A DNA stretch of 64,000 nt, taken from positions 3,040,001 to 3,104,000 of the forward strand of contig OY820905.2 of the NCBI GenBank assembly GCA_963555755.3, read 5' to 3'. Positions 1 through 11,086 of the stretch are shown here, one piece after another. The notes below the pieces were generated by a model. That model saw nothing but the letters and a program-made list of their open reading frames with translations, did not search any database and was not told the origin of the DNA. How positions within the stretch are numbered: position 1 is the first letter of the stretch; the number at the start of each line of letters is the position of its first letter. This stretch comes from Nitrospirales bacterium. Lineage in GTDB: Bacteria; Nitrospirota; Nitrospiria; Nitrospirales; UBA8639. Position numbers and translations under genes: made by a program.

Positions 1-2094
1 CACCGGTTCCGCGCCGCGGCAGTAGCCATGGCGGGCTTGGCGCGCATACTTCCGTTTGGATAGTAAGAGAATCGCCTTCTCCACATTCCCAAACCAGCGA
101 TTCGGATTGAGCCCTAACTTTCGCGCCAACCGTCGTGCATCCCTCACATGGCCGTGTCCGGCATTGTAGGCCGCCAACGTAAACCACATCCGGTCTTCCA
201 CGGGCAGCTCCGGGTCAAACCGATCCCGCACCCAGTTGAGGTATTTCACCCCCGCATGAATCCCGTCTTCCGGCATGCGAACATCGTGAAAGCCTATACT
301 TTTCGCCGTCCGGGGGAGCACCTGCATCAGGCCAACCGCGCCGGCCCAGGAGCGGGCATCTGGATTAAATCGACTTTCTTGATACATTTGCGCCACCACC
401 AATCGCCAATCAAACCCAAATTGGCCGGAATACTTTTGCACCAGGGCATCGTAAGGGGAGAGTTCACCCGTGCGACTTGCGCGAAACTCAACGTGTGTGC
501 GGATGGTGTGCGGGTTCTTAAAATATTTTTTCAGTGTGATATTGTAAAACAACCCACGGTATTCCTTTTTCATGTATTGATTAATGGCATCCCGTAACTC
601 CGGGTTGGAAACCCGCACGGCCCAGCCATGCGGTTTGGGATCGGACACCGGAAACGCCGCCCGAATGTCCTCCCGCCACGTCAACTCAATATCGAGGAGA
701 TGGCTGTCCGCCACGGTCAAGTCGTATTCACCTGTGGCGACCTTCGCAATAATCTCTTCGGTTTCGAGATCCTCGGGCGCTGCTTCCAAGGTCAGCGCAA
801 TGCCTTGGCCTTTCAGCGCCTCAAGCGTCTGCCAATAGGAGCTGCTGCGACGAACCACAAAGGTACGACCAGCAAGATCCTCCGGCCCCTTCAGTCGATC
901 GTCCGGTTCATCAGCACGCGTTACCACAATTTCAGAGGCCTTGAAATACGGACGAGAAAACGCCACACCCTGCGCTTCTCGCTCAGAAGAAATCGTCAGT
1001 GAGGCGGCAATCACATCACCCTTCCCTTCCATTAGCCACGGGATCAGATCCTCACGACTCGGTGGTACAACCATTTCCACCCTCAGCTTGTGCTTCTTGG
1101 CAAAATGCCACGCCAGTTCATACTCAAACCCCAATAACTCCCCCCGCCACAAGAAATAGGTAGCGGGATTATTTCTGGTGAGCACCCGTAACACACCATG
1201 CTTCTTAATGCCCGCGAGATCCTCGCTCGACACCGAAGGCCGGGAATGCGCGAGCTTCGCTTCAGTCAAAAACGTATTCAACGCCGCGAGTAGGGCAGGG
1301 GAATCAGGCCGCACACCCCATGCCACTGGACGATCCTCCGTCAAATCAAACGCCGGCTTCAGATCAGAGCGATACGTGAGCACCGCGCCCATCAAATTGC
1401 TGTCGGCCACGGTCACATCAAAGTCGCCACGGGCCACGCCATCCAAAATCTGTTCCAGATCAAAATGCGCTGGCGCTTCCTGCACCTGAATGCTCGGATA
1501 TTTTTTCTGCAGGCCCAACGCTGTACCCCAAAAAGAAGACGAGCGAAGAACAACAATTGTCCGGCCCTTCAAATCGCCAGGCTTGGACAAGGTCTCGTCA
1601 GATTGGCGTGTGACCAACTGTTCCCGAACACTCGCCACCGGGACCGTAAAGCTAATGTTCGTTTTCCGCTCTGGGGTCACCGTAAAGTTGGCTGCAATTA
1701 AATCCCCCTTGCCTTCTAAAAGGAAAGGAATTAATTCATTAAGCCCATTCACCGTCACCCGAGCCAGCTTTAAATCCAACGACGAAGCCAAAGACTCCAG
1801 CAACTCCTCTTCGAGATCATGCGGAAACCCTTGTCGAGGCAAATGCTCAACAGAAGCATGCGGCGGACTCAGCACGCGAAGATACCCACGCGATTTGAGG
1901 GTGGAGAGGTCGCCTGTTTCCAGATAGGTTGGAGCTGAAGCAACAAACGCAGAAGGTTTGGACGAGTCTTGAGAACCTTCCTCAGTCCCGCAGCCGCTTA
2001 CCAGGAACCCAATCATTAATGTTAGCCAAAAGTGAAGGAAGGCGATCAAGGGAGAAAAGTGGAAACCTGTTAACGGCTTAGCTATAGGATTCAT
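1..2094 (-). CDS. mltF: MltF-like membrane-bound lytic transglycosylase with two tandem substrate-binding (SBP_bac_3) domains; 3' end runs off the window
   Basis: Manual translation (absent from the ORF track because no stop lies in the window): signal/lipobox-like LVSGC, two SBP repeats (LxEGKGDxIAA), then SLT motifs DWRLVVAQMYQESRFNP, GAAGLMQV, LAAYNAG. Confidence 0.88.
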   Translation of the reverse strand, partial: MNPIAKPLTGFHFSPLIAFLHFWLTLMIGFLVSGCGTEEGSQDSSKPSAFVASAPTYLETGDLSTLKSRGYLRVLSPPHASVEHLPRQGFPHDLEEELLESLASSLDLKLARVTVNGLNELIPFLLEGKGDLIAANFTVTPERKTNISFTVPVASVREQLVTRQSDETLSKPGDLKGRTIVVLRSSSFWGTALGLQKKYPSIQVQEAPAHFDLEQILDGVARGDFDVTVADSNLMGAVLTYRSDLKPAFDLTEDRPVAWGVRPDSPALLAALNTFLTEAKLAHSRPSVSSEDLAGIKKHGVLRVLTRNNPATYFLWRGELLGFEYELAWHFAKKHKLRVEMVVPPSREDLIPWLMEGKGDVIAASLTISSEREAQGVAFSRPYFKASEIVVTRADEPDDRLKGPEDLAGRTFVVRRSSSYWQTLEALKGQGIALTLEAAPEDLETEEIIAKVATGEYDLTVADSHLLDIELTWREDIRAAFPVSDPKPHGWAVRVSNPELRDAINQYMKKEYRGLFYNITLKKYFKNPHTIRTHVEFRASRTGELSPYDALVQKYSGQFGFDWRLVVAQMYQESRFNPDARSWAGAVGLMQVLPRTAKSIGFHDVRMPEDGIHAGVKYLNWVRDRFDPELPVEDRMWFTLAAYNAGHGHVRDARRLARKLGLNPNRWFGNVEKAILLLSKRKYARQARHGYCRGAEPV

Positions 2095-2248
2095 GTCCCA
2101 CAGTGTACAGCGAAAATGTTGAAAAAGAAAAAGTGGGTAAACCAAACGCTATCTAGCCCAATTCATTGGTCAGGCTTACAATGATTGAAACACGTGTGAA
2201 CAAGCAAAAATTGCTCCTATGCATTCCTTTGGAATGAATGTTTTCTAA

Positions 2249-2405
2249 GGGTTCGCGCAAGAATAACTCCCCATGTTTGGGCGTCGATCCATCCCGTCTG
2301 GCGGCGTTGCTCGTCCTTTCCATACGAGGAGTATGCGCAGTCCTCGCGCCTTGCCAGACAGGTGTCTCAGCACCCAAACATGGGGAGTTATTCTTGCGCG
2401 AACCC
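2249..2405. mobile_element. MITE, 157 bp, ~33-bp TIR GGGTTCGCGCAAGAATAACTCCCCATGTTTGGG, TAA target duplication; carries the shared hairpin core
   Basis: TIRs read directly; TAA at 2246-2248 and 2406-2408. Confidence 0.85.
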
Positions 2406-2451
2406 TAAGGGTGGCTCCTTTTTCCTTCTGAATAAATAAGTCAATACTCAT

Positions 2452-2487
2452 GCCTGACACCAAGCCTGACACCAAGCCTGACACCAA
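2452..2487. repeat. Tandem repeat (GCCTGACACCAA)x3
   Basis: Three exact 12-bp units. Confidence 0.9.
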
Positions 2488-2582
2488 GCCCAAGCCACCT
2501 CAACTCGACACAAATCAGTCCCCCTTGTTAATCTCTTATCTATTCTATGCGACAATGAGTTCAACAATTCTGGATATGAAAG

Positions 2583-3614
2583 TTGAATGCGTGGATGCGA
2601 TCGCCCAACCTGCCCAAACTGATGGCACTCGGTGGTTTAGTGGTGGTTGCCTCCGCTGCCGCATGTACAATCATGATACGGATGCCAGGAGAAAGCTACC
2701 AAGGTCCGCTGCCCCCCGCAACGGATGAACTCCGTGCGCTCGAGCAAGAACTGCATTCCTATGTCCAAACCCTGGCTGGCGATATTGGGGAACGGAATCT
2801 GTTTCACTACGACAAACTCCTTACCGCGGCAGAGTATATCCGGTCCACTCTCGCGGACGTCGGGTATGAGGTGCAACGCCAAACCTATGAGGTGGAAGGG
2901 AAGGTCTGTGAAAACATTGAAGCCGAAGTTCTCGGAACAGACCGACCGGATGAAATCCTTCTCATCGGGGCTCACTACGATTCGGTCAAAGGAAGTCCTG
3001 GTGCCAATGACAATGGCACCGGTGTCGCGGCCATGCTGGCCTTGGCCCGTGCGTTTGCTCAGACCCCGTTAAACCGCACGTTACGGTTTGTGGCGTTTGC
3101 CAACGAAGAGCCACCATTCTTTCAAACCGACGACATGGGGAGCCGCCATTACGCCCAACGGAGCAAACAGCGGGGCGAGTCCATTGTTCTCATGTTCAGC
3201 TTGGAGACGATGGGGTATTATTCTGATAACCCCGGAAGTCAAAGCTATCCCCCGCCGTTGAATTTCGTCTACCCATCCACGGGAAATTTCATTGCCTTCG
3301 TCAGCAACACGGAAAATGGGAGGTGGGTGCGAACGGTCATTGACGGCTTTCGACAGCAGGTGCTGTTTCCTTCAGAAGGCGCGGTACTCTGGGGATGGAT
3401 TCCCGGCGTCGGGTGGTCAGATCATTGGGCGTTTTGGAAGGAAGGGTTTCCCGCCGTTATGGTGACGGATACAGCCTTGTTTCGCTATCCCGCCTATCAT
3501 ACAGCCGAGGATACACCAGACAAAGTTAACTACGAGCGCCTCGCCCGCGTCGTGTCCGGCCTTCAGCGGGTGATTGCCGCAATCGCTAATCAGCGAGATT
3601 CGGCATCCCCGTAA
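2583..3614 (+). CDS. M28 family metallopeptidase
   Basis: GAHYDS, GANDNGTG, NEEP, SDH and YHTxxDT motifs; N-terminal hydrophobic segment; start codon uncertain. Confidence 0.88.
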   Translation: MNAWMRSPNLPKLMALGGLVVVASAAACTIMIRMPGESYQGPLPPATDELRALEQELHSYVQTLAGDIGERNLFHYDKLLTAAEYIRSTLADVGYEVQRQTYEVEGKVCENIEAEVLGTDRPDEILLIGAHYDSVKGSPGANDNGTGVAAMLALARAFAQTPLNRTLRFVAFANEEPPFFQTDDMGSRHYAQRSKQRGESIVLMFSLETMGYYSDNPGSQSYPPPLNFVYPSTGNFIAFVSNTENGRWVRTVIDGFRQQVLFPSEGAVLWGWIPGVGWSDHWAFWKEGFPAVMVTDTALFRYPAYHTAEDTPDKVNYERLARVVSGLQRVIAAIANQRDSASP

Positions 3615-3652
3615 CCCCAGACGGTCATCAACACACAGACATCGTCAAGTTA

Positions 3653-3832
3653 GGGTCCGTAAAGAAATAAGTGGTACATTTAGACGCTTAGATTTAGGTC
3701 AGATTTGGTCGATCTGAATGAGAGAAACCGGAGGAATAGTTGTGCTATTTTGAGGGTTTCTCGATTGAAGATCGGCCAAAGATGGCTTGAAGATGAGGTG
3801 TATAAATGTACCACTTATTTCTTTACGGACCC
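3653..3832. mobile_element. MITE, 180 bp, ~30-bp TIR GGGTCCGTAAAGAAATAAGTGGTACATTTA, TTA target duplication
   Basis: TIRs read directly; TTA at 3650-3652 and 3833-3835. Confidence 0.87.
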
Positions 3833-4058
3833 TTAGTGGGTCGACGCTGGATGCGGAAGAATTTGCGGACTATGGATGGTTCCTTTCGTGGGTGGGGTTT
3901 AGTTTGTGTTAGCATGAAGACTATCGATTTTTCACACACATTATTCAATGGCGATCCCAGCAATAATGTGGAGATCAGTAGTATACTAGAGTGTGTAGGG
4001 TTTTCTTTTTCCTAATCACGTACCCGCCTTGTTGGCGGTTTTCTGTCAGGAGGATGCC

Positions 4059-4451
4059 ATGTTCGGTCCCATTACACTCCCCTTTGGGGTAAAAATGCTC
4101 TTCAATACTGTCAAGCTCAAACCCGGCGTGAGTTTCGATCAGGTCGAGTTGGCCGTCGGAGAAATGTGCATGGTCGTGAAGGAAAGGTACGGTGGTGAGA
4201 AAGGGGGCTTTATCGCGGGGCAGGTGTTTCAGTTCTCCGGTTTCGTCTCGGATGAAGGCTCATTCACTGATTCCAAGGCCAGCGATAATCATTATGCTAT
4301 CGTGACCTATTGGCGCTCGTTTGAGGATCATGAAAAATCCCATGCCGATGATATGTTTCAACAGAAATTTGACGCGTTGTTGGCCCTGTGTTCGGAGACG
4401 AAAGAATTGGGGTATGATCTGTTGTGGCAAGGTGAAGCCAAGGCTTCATAG
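4059..4451 (+). CDS. Conserved small protein, probable dimeric alpha-beta barrel (ABM-like) fold
   Basis: AGGAGG RBS before ATG 4059; GFIAGQV...VTYWxSxExHxxSH pattern. Confidence 0.6.
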   Translation: MFGPITLPFGVKMLFNTVKLKPGVSFDQVELAVGEMCMVVKERYGGEKGGFIAGQVFQFSGFVSDEGSFTDSKASDNHYAIVTYWRSFEDHEKSHADDMFQQKFDALLALCSETKELGYDLLWQGEAKAS

Positions 4452-4640
4452 ATAAACCACCTTTCGGTCGTGCCATCTTCGATTCACAAGAAAAATTACA
4501 ATATTCGCCTGGTCAGACAAATCTGTGGTGAACTCTGGTTCAGGTAGTGCACCATTGGTGCAGAAACCGGCCGGCCCTAAGCAAGTCTTGTCCAGAGGGG
4601 TATCCGATAAAAATGATGCTTAATATTCCAGTGAGAGGCC

Positions 4641-4901
4641 ATGGATAAATCGTTTGTCAGTGTCAGGTGGTTGTGGGTGGCGATGGTTGGGGGCAGTTCG
4701 ATGCTAGCCGTGCCGGGCAATTCGACGATTGGGGGCATGTTGGGTGACGTAGTGGGTCACTTATTTTCTGCGGCGTTGTTGGCCGTTGTGCCTATCGCAG
4801 GCTATCGCCTAATGTACAAACAGATTGGCGAAAAGGAAATGACCTACATTTTTTTCGGTGCCTGGGTTTATTTGGTACTCTCCCAGTTTTTGGGTTTTTA
4901 A
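4641..4901 (+). CDS. Small membrane protein, hypothetical
   Basis: GAGAGG RBS; about three hydrophobic segments. Confidence 0.55.
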   Translation: MDKSFVSVRWLWVAMVGGSSMLAVPGNSTIGGMLGDVVGHLFSAALLAVVPIAGYRLMYKQIGEKEMTYIFFGAWVYLVLSQFLGF

Positions 4902-5130
4902 AAAATAGAAAACATCAGGTATTGAATCTTTTTTAGAGTGCCAGCCCGCGCGGCCTTCGTTTCTCAACACGAATGACGAGCCATCTCAGTGATGTTCATT
5001 GTGATCAATGGCCAAGGCAAAGGTGACTGCAAGAGGTGGAACCATTAAGTCTGGCCGGGGATGAATACACCACTTGGTTGAGAACAGGCTAGAAGTTCAG
5101 CACACGTGGCAGGGGGCAGGTCAATTTGTG

Positions 5131-6219
5131 TCAGGCGTAGTATCGACCGAATCGATTCGCGAGGATGTCCGGGAGGGCAAAAGTTTCCTGTGTGATGAAA
5201 CCCTGGTAGCGATGAGGATCGGCGAATACGGAATCCACCACACTGCACAAAGCCGCGGCGGTTGTCACTTGAATCGCGGACCACAATCTTCCTGCGATGG
5301 TCTCTGGGTAAATCTTTTTCACGTAGTTTTCTTCCATTAATTCTCCCGCTTTCCTTCCCACGACAGATACGTAAATCAGCACCACATCCTGATAGATTTT
5401 GGGAATCGCATTCTCCAGAATATGCTTGAGATTTTCCCGTTGTGTGTTGAGTTTGAGATCATTCATGAGAAAGTGAATTTTTTCGCAATGGCCTGGGTAG
5501 CGGAGGGTTTTATAGTTCATCGTTTGGACTTTGCCTGAGTACGTATCCGCCAAGGTTCCCAGTCCTCCGGAGGTGTTAAACGCCTCGTATAATAGTCCAT
5601 CGACTTCGATGGTCTCATACCCTTCGAGCGGCATGAGCGTGGTCTTCAATCCATTTTCAATTCCATAGCACACGTTCCCGTATTCGTTAATCAGGCCGTC
5701 GGTTGACCAGGTCAGAGAGTATTTCAACACATTGCTGGGATTGATGGGCAGGGCGCCCACCCGCATCTTCACGGTTTCGAGTGTATCGAAATGGTGCATC
5801 AGTTCGTTGGCGACGATGCTGATGAATCCCGGCGCCAACCCGCATTGGGGGACAAAGGCTTTCTCGCTTCCCTGACTGATCTGTTCAATTCGTTCGGTGA
5901 CTTCAACATCTTCGGTTAAGTCGAAATAGTGAATGTTATTCTTACGGGCCACATCCGCAACCGTGGGATTGCAGTAGTAGGGAAGACTCGAAATTACGGC
6001 ATCGGGTTGATGCTCGTTCACATAGTGTTCGAGGGCTGCCCCGTTTGACGCATCGAGGACCGCATGGGTGATGGGCGCGGTTTGACTTGGAGCAGTCCTT
6101 TGCTGATTGGACTGAGTCTCGATGTCGCCAAGGTGAACCGTGTACTCTTCTGTCTCTGCCAGGAACGTTCCGATCAGCGAGCCGATTTTTCCGGCGCCTA
6201 AAATGAGGATGGTTGGCAT
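5131..6219 (-). CDS. Saccharopine dehydrogenase / lysine 6-dehydrogenase family oxidoreductase
   Basis: GAGKIG Rossmann motif; YFDLTED, CGLAPG, WSTDGLINEY, YKTLRYPGH. Confidence 0.85.
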   Translation of the reverse strand: MPTILILGAGKIGSLIGTFLAETEEYTVHLGDIETQSNQQRTAPSQTAPITHAVLDASNGAALEHYVNEHQPDAVISSLPYYCNPTVADVARKNNIHYFDLTEDVEVTERIEQISQGSEKAFVPQCGLAPGFISIVANELMHHFDTLETVKMRVGALPINPSNVLKYSLTWSTDGLINEYGNVCYGIENGLKTTLMPLEGYETIEVDGLLYEAFNTSGGLGTLADTYSGKVQTMNYKTLRYPGHCEKIHFLMNDLKLNTQRENLKHILENAIPKIYQDVVLIYVSVVGRKAGELMEENYVKKIYPETIAGRLWSAIQVTTAAALCSVVDSVFADPHRYQGFITQETFALPDILANRFGRYYA

Positions 6220-6233
6220 AGGTTTCCCGCGTA

Positions 6234-6830
6234 TTAGATTTTTACAGTTGATTGCATCAGAGCATCGGCTTGAGGCGGTGAGAAGCCCTGATACCCTGCA
6301 TGACGTTCGATGAGTTCGAGGACAGAAAACGGTGCGCCCTCGACTTGTTCAGGGACACTGAAGATTTGCCGAATGACGTCCCCTTTTTCGCCTAAAATGG
6401 ATCCCGCAAAGTTGATGCCCTTGTGTTGAAGGCGGTGCATGGCGGCTTCGATGTCTTCTGCCAGAATCGCGATGTGGTGTAGGGTCTGATCCCCAAATTG
6501 ATCCACCCATCGTGGGATCACACTGGATGCCCCGCGATCATCGTCGTAGGCTTGGTCAACAAACAATGCCGGAAATCCTGGGGCTCGGTACACCTTGGCA
6601 TGCCAATCACTGTATTCCAAAGTCTCGGAGTAGGTATAGCCCAGTTCCAAAAACTCTTGGGCTCGCTGGTCGATATTGTGGGTTCGGATGGTGATATGGT
6701 CGACCACTGGCTTGACCCCAATGCCTGCCGCATCCAGGACATCCTTCGTGATTTGGGCGGCACGATTTCTGGACACATAGTCTTGAACATACGCCTCGAC
6801 ACGTTCTTCCAGTTTGGCCTTGTGGTCCAT
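6234..6830 (-). CDS. VOC-fold metalloenzyme resembling DUF1338/HglS or the HPPD C-terminal domain
   Basis: DHITIRT, HHIA, ELIER, GF..QAD...ST (His/His/Glu triad); ATG 6830 chosen because the longer ORF overlaps the ALDH gene. Confidence 0.65.
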   Translation of the reverse strand: MDHKAKLEERVEAYVQDYVSRNRAAQITKDVLDAAGIGVKPVVDHITIRTHNIDQRAQEFLELGYTYSETLEYSDWHAKVYRAPGFPALFVDQAYDDDRGASSVIPRWVDQFGDQTLHHIAILAEDIEAAMHRLQHKGINFAGSILGEKGDVIRQIFSVPEQVEGAPFSVLELIERHAGYQGFSPPQADALMQSTVKI

Positions 6831-6846
6831 GGCATTCACCTTGTGA

Positions 6847-8337
6847 TCAATGGGTATCGATTTGTGCCCGCTGCAATTGCCCACTATAGTCCACGTAAAT
6901 GGATTTCCACTCACTAAAAGTATCCAAAGCCGCCTGCCCGGCTTCACGGTGCCCGTTGCCGGTGTTCTTAATTCCTCCGAACGGGAGATGCACCTCGCTG
7001 CCAATCGTTCCAGCATTGATATAGACAATCCCCGACCGCAGCTCCCGCATGGCGTGTTGGGCTCGATTAATGTCTTGAGTGTAGAGTGAACTAGACAGTC
7101 CGTATTCCACGGAGTTGTTCACCTTGATGGCTTCTTCGAAGCTGTTGACTTCGAGCACGCTCAACACCGGACCAAAAATTTCTTCCGTGGCAATGCGCAT
7201 TGTTGGGGTGACATTGTCGAATAGGGTCGGTGCAAAGAAATATCCCGCTGCATACGGTCCCTTGGTTAAGGGGTGCCCTCCCGTCCTCAATTGCGCCCCT
7301 TCCTGTACCCCAACTTGAACCAGTTCGTGCACGCGTTCGAGTTGTGTGTTATTGATCAACGGTCCAATATCAATAGAAGAATCGAGACCATCGCCAACTC
7401 GGAGCTTGGCCATTCTATCTAGCAACATCGACACCATTTGTTCTTTCACGGCGGCGTGGACAATCAGTCGGCTGCACGCGGTACAACGTTGGCCGGTTGT
7501 GCCAAAGGCACTCCAGAGAATTCCCTCAACCGCTAACTCCAGGTCAGCATCTTCCATGACAATGATGGCATTCTTGCCACCCATTTCCAGGGCGACCCGT
7601 TTGTAATGGGTGGCTGCATCAACCGCGACTTTTCCTCCAGTGGCCTTTGACCCAGTGAACGAAATAAGGGCGACGTCCGGATGTTTTACCAGGGTGGCGC
7701 CTAACTCAGGCGCACTGCCTGTGACCAAATTGATGACTCCGGGAGGCATGCCTGCTTCCTCCAGGGTCTTGACGAACAATGCAGCGGTATAGGGTGTATC
7801 TGGCGAAGGCTTCAACACGACGGTATTGCCCATCATCAATGCGGGAAAACTCTTCCACGAGGGAATGGCCATGGGGAAATTCCAAGGAGTTATCAATCCG
7901 ACGACGCCGAGAGGCTCCCGGATCGCGTACCCGGATTTATTCGGGAGCTCGGAGGGGGCAATATGTCCGAATTGCCGACGGCCTTCTCCGCCCATGTAGT
8001 ATGCCATATCGATGGCTTCTTGAATGTCGCCTCGACCCTCCATCAAGACTTTTCCCATTTCGCTTGTCAGGGCCCTGGCAAGTGTTTCCTTGTCATGAAA
8101 AAGCCGTTCAGCCACTCGAAATAACAATTCTCCGCGACGAGGGGCAGGCAAACGATGCCAGGATTCAAAGGCCTCTCGTGCGGCGGCCACTGCATCATTC
8201 ATGTCATCGGCATTGGAGTCCGCGCATTTGGCAATGAGATCCCCCGTTGCTGGATTTCGTGTTTCAAAGACCTTGCCCGATCGGGCCGGAATCCATTTCC
8301 CCGCAATAAAGTTGTGAATTGGATTTTCCATATTCAT
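6847..8337 (-). CDS. NAD(P)-dependent aldehyde dehydrogenase
   Basis: [30 protein letters not shown]. Confidence 0.95.
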   Translation of the reverse strand: MNMENPIHNFIAGKWIPARSGKVFETRNPATGDLIAKCADSNADDMNDAVAAAREAFESWHRLPAPRRGELLFRVAERLFHDKETLARALTSEMGKVLMEGRGDIQEAIDMAYYMGGEGRRQFGHIAPSELPNKSGYAIREPLGVVGLITPWNFPMAIPSWKSFPALMMGNTVVLKPSPDTPYTAALFVKTLEEAGMPPGVINLVTGSAPELGATLVKHPDVALISFTGSKATGGKVAVDAATHYKRVALEMGGKNAIIVMEDADLELAVEGILWSAFGTTGQRCTACSRLIVHAAVKEQMVSMLLDRMAKLRVGDGLDSSIDIGPLINNTQLERVHELVQVGVQEGAQLRTGGHPLTKGPYAAGYFFAPTLFDNVTPTMRIATEEIFGPVLSVLEVNSFEEAIKVNNSVEYGLSSSLYTQDINRAQHAMRELRSGIVYINAGTIGSEVHLPFGGIKNTGNGHREAGQAALDTFSEWKSIYVDYSGQLQRAQIDTH

Positions 8338-8801
8338 TCCTCACGTGGTTAGGGAACAGGAAGCGTTGCGGGCCGTTCTTTTTTGAACCGTAAATTCTCA
8401 GTCAAGCTGTGTGGATCCAGCTACCAATCTTTCCCACACAAGACCTTTCGGTTCTTTCCCATTGGCTTCTTTAGTGAAGCTCTGGGCGTTGAAAGGATTT
8501 CAAAGCGACCAATCAACCTGTTATCGGTCCTCTCAAAAATGCGGGAGGAAATTCAACGTTTTTTGACGACACAAAACAGGGGCGGAAATTCGAATAAGGA
8601 AAAACCAAGAAAACAATGAATCTAAGGTGGGATAGGCATATTTCTCATTCCGGGAACATTGCTTTTGATTAGGAATGACGCCTTAATGATTAGGATACTC
8701 TCTCAGTCAGGCGGAGACAAGACCAATCTCGAAAGGGAATTGTATGGTGAGGGGGCTGCCAATCAGATGTCGTTGGGGAATCCTGAACTCCCTGTCTCCA
8801 A

Positions 8802-9164
8802 TTAATCACTGATGGCTTGCTGGACGGCAGAGATGATTTCTCCAAAATTGGGTGGCTTGAGTAATATGGCTCGGGCGCCTGCCTTCATCGCCATATCTTT
8901 TTCCTCCTCACTGATATCTCCGGTAAAAAAGATGACTGGAGGTTTCGGGTCGGGTTTTTGTGAATATCGTTTGAGGAATTCCACGCCATTGAGGACAGGC
9001 ATTTTGTTATCGGTAATAATCAAATCGAAGTGTTGTTGCTCAAGCAATTTCAAGGCGGCGGCTCCATGTTCCGCTTCATCACACTCATACCCTTGGGATT
9101 CTAGGACCGCACGGAGGGTACTTCTCACTGCGGCTTCATCATCGACTAATAATACTCGTTCCAT
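8802..9164 (-). CDS. Single-domain response regulator (CheY-like)
   Basis: LLVDD...TDNKMP...KP. Confidence 0.9.
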   Translation of the reverse strand: MERVLLVDDEAAVRSTLRAVLESQGYECDEAEHGAAALKLLEQQHFDLIITDNKMPVLNGVEFLKRYSQKPDPKPPVIFFTGDISEEEKDMAMKAGARAILLKPPNFGEIISAVQQAISD

Positions 9165-9535
9165 GGTACCTATAGCACTCCAATCGTCGTAGGAAATCCT
9201 CTATCGGTGAATACCGTGGCCCATTCTCCTATGAAACCCCTAGGTACCGTCAATCACCCGAAAGAGGGGGGGGTAGTGGAAATTTATTTTGTTAGTCCCG
9301 ATTCGTCGAGGAAAATTAGGCGGTTTGAAGGAAAGGAAAAGTGATAAAAGTGTTGATTATTAAGACGTTTCGTGGGAATGGACAAACACGAGCAAGAAAG
9401 TGAAAGCAGGAATCTTAAGATGACACCAAGGTTGATGCGAAGTCCTATCTACTGAAAACGACGTAGGAGGCGGTATAAGGAAATTGTCGTAGACCAGACG
9501 AATCAGGAAAAATTGAGCGTAGTGGGAGTGTCTTG

Positions 9536-10390
9536 CTAAGAAAACCGGCGTAAAGAACTAGCTAAACCGATGCGGGAAAGTCCGTAAATGAGCCATTTCG
9601 AAGGGTCAAAATTATACAATTTGGACCCGTTACGATAATCGCTTTGATACATGTGATGATAGTTATGATAGCCTTCACCAAAGGTGATGAGCGAGACCCA
9701 CCAACTATCCCGGCTCGAATCAGAAGTTCCATGGGGTTGGTCACCCCAGAGGTGGCAGATGGAATTAATGCAAAATGTGGAATTTAAGACGAAAAACGTT
9801 CGGCCCACTCCAGCCAAAAGAAAGCAGCCGAGACCACCAACCCATCCATTGTAAAGAAAGCCGACGATAAACGGAAAAGCCAATCCGGACAGGATTATCG
9901 GGACATAGTAGCGATGTTGCCACATGACAACTCGGTCCTGCTTGAGTCGGGAAGCGTATTTATCGTCCTTATGGGGATCACGTAAAAACAACCAACCGCA
10001 ATGACTATGCCAAAATCCCCATTGGGCGTTGTAGGGGTCTTCATCCTGATCACAACGGGCATGATGTCGAATATGATCAGCTGCCCATTTATACCCTGAG
10101 TTTTGGAGCGCCCATCCCCCGCCAATCAAGAGAATCACTTTGACCCAGTCGGGACAGGCAAAACTTCTGTGAGCGAGGAGTCGGTGGTAGCCGACGGTAA
10201 TTCCCAATCCCGTGAACATATAGAGGACGGCGAACATCGTCCAATCTAACCAGGAATAATCGTAAAAATAAGCATACGTGGGGAGACCAATGGCAGCCCC
10301 AATGGCGATCAGAAGAAATAAGATTGTTGTTGTATTGTCAGCCGCCCGCGTGTGGGTGCTATCAATGGTGTGATGCGTGGTGGTGGTCAT
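9536..10390 (-). CDS. Delta-9-type fatty acid (acyl-CoA) desaturase
   Basis: His boxes HRLLAH, HIRHH, HNYHH; membrane segments. Confidence 0.92.
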   Translation of the reverse strand: MTTTTHHTIDSTHTRAADNTTTILFLLIAIGAAIGLPTYAYFYDYSWLDWTMFAVLYMFTGLGITVGYHRLLAHRSFACPDWVKVILLIGGGWALQNSGYKWAADHIRHHARCDQDEDPYNAQWGFWHSHCGWLFLRDPHKDDKYASRLKQDRVVMWQHRYYVPIILSGLAFPFIVGFLYNGWVGGLGCFLLAGVGRTFFVLNSTFCINSICHLWGDQPHGTSDSSRDSWWVSLITFGEGYHNYHHMYQSDYRNGSKLYNFDPSKWLIYGLSRIGLASSLRRFS

Positions 10391-10810
10391 GTATCTGAAT
10401 AGTTTGATGTTTTCAAGAAGGCGATACTGCTTAACCCCAAAGTCTTACTCAGAGTATCGACATATTTCCCAATTCACTAGACTTTATCGGGGTCTAACAC
10501 AGTTCGTAAACATGAGGACTCTCCAGGTTACCCTTCTTTTGATGGATTGTAAAGACCAAAAAAGCATATTTTCGCATATTTTCATGTACATGAAAGGGCT
10601 ATGGGCTTTTGTGAAACAGGAGGTATGATGCGGAAGGGGGTGGAAAGAGTGGCTATCGCCTCCCGTTTCCCGTCTTATGCCTGACGATTATTTAAGCAGA
10701 GCGAAAGGTGCGCATTCTCGAAACTCTTTCAGGTCCAAGGCCTGTCTTTCTTTAAAGACGGAAGGATGCCAGCTGTATCATCATTCGGTCTTTCATAAAC
10801 ACAAGGCCAG

Positions 10811-11086
10811 TTAATAACCACCGGAGGGTCGATTTCGTTCTTTGGGGCGCGCCTCGTTGACTACTAGATTCCGACCTTGAAAGTCCGAGTCGTGTAACGC
10901 TGTGATGGCCTGTTGGGCCTCCTCGGCGCTGCCCATTTCGACAAACCCAAATCCTCTCGATCGTCCGGAATATCGATCGGTGACCACATTGGCCGATTGC
11001 ACTGTTCCATGGGTCGCGAACAAGTCTTGAAGTTCCTGATCTGTTGTGGAATACGGCAGATTGCCCACATAAATCTTTTGATTCAC
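10811..11086 (-). CDS. RRM-domain RNA-binding protein
   Basis: IYVGNL (RNP2), RGFGFVEM (RNP1); GTG start at 11086 after GGAGG. Confidence 0.92.
   Translation of the reverse strand: MNQKIYVGNLPYSTTDQELQDLFATHGTVQSANVVTDRYSGRSRGFGFVEMGSAEEAQQAITALHDSDFQGRNLVVNEARPKERNRPSGGY

Noticed and set aside
148..1927. Series of plus-strand ORFs
   Set aside because: Antisense shadows of mltF
2452..2496. Possible CRISPR or coding repeat (PDTK)n
   Set aside because: 12-bp units without spacers and no cas genes; the overlapping ORF lacks support. No CRISPR array was seen in the window
10640..10745. Glycine-riboswitch-like text (GGAAAGAG...CGAAAGG...AAACTCTTTCAGG)
   Set aside because: Pairing is poor and no plus-strand gene lies downstream; a cmscan with the glycine model would settle it
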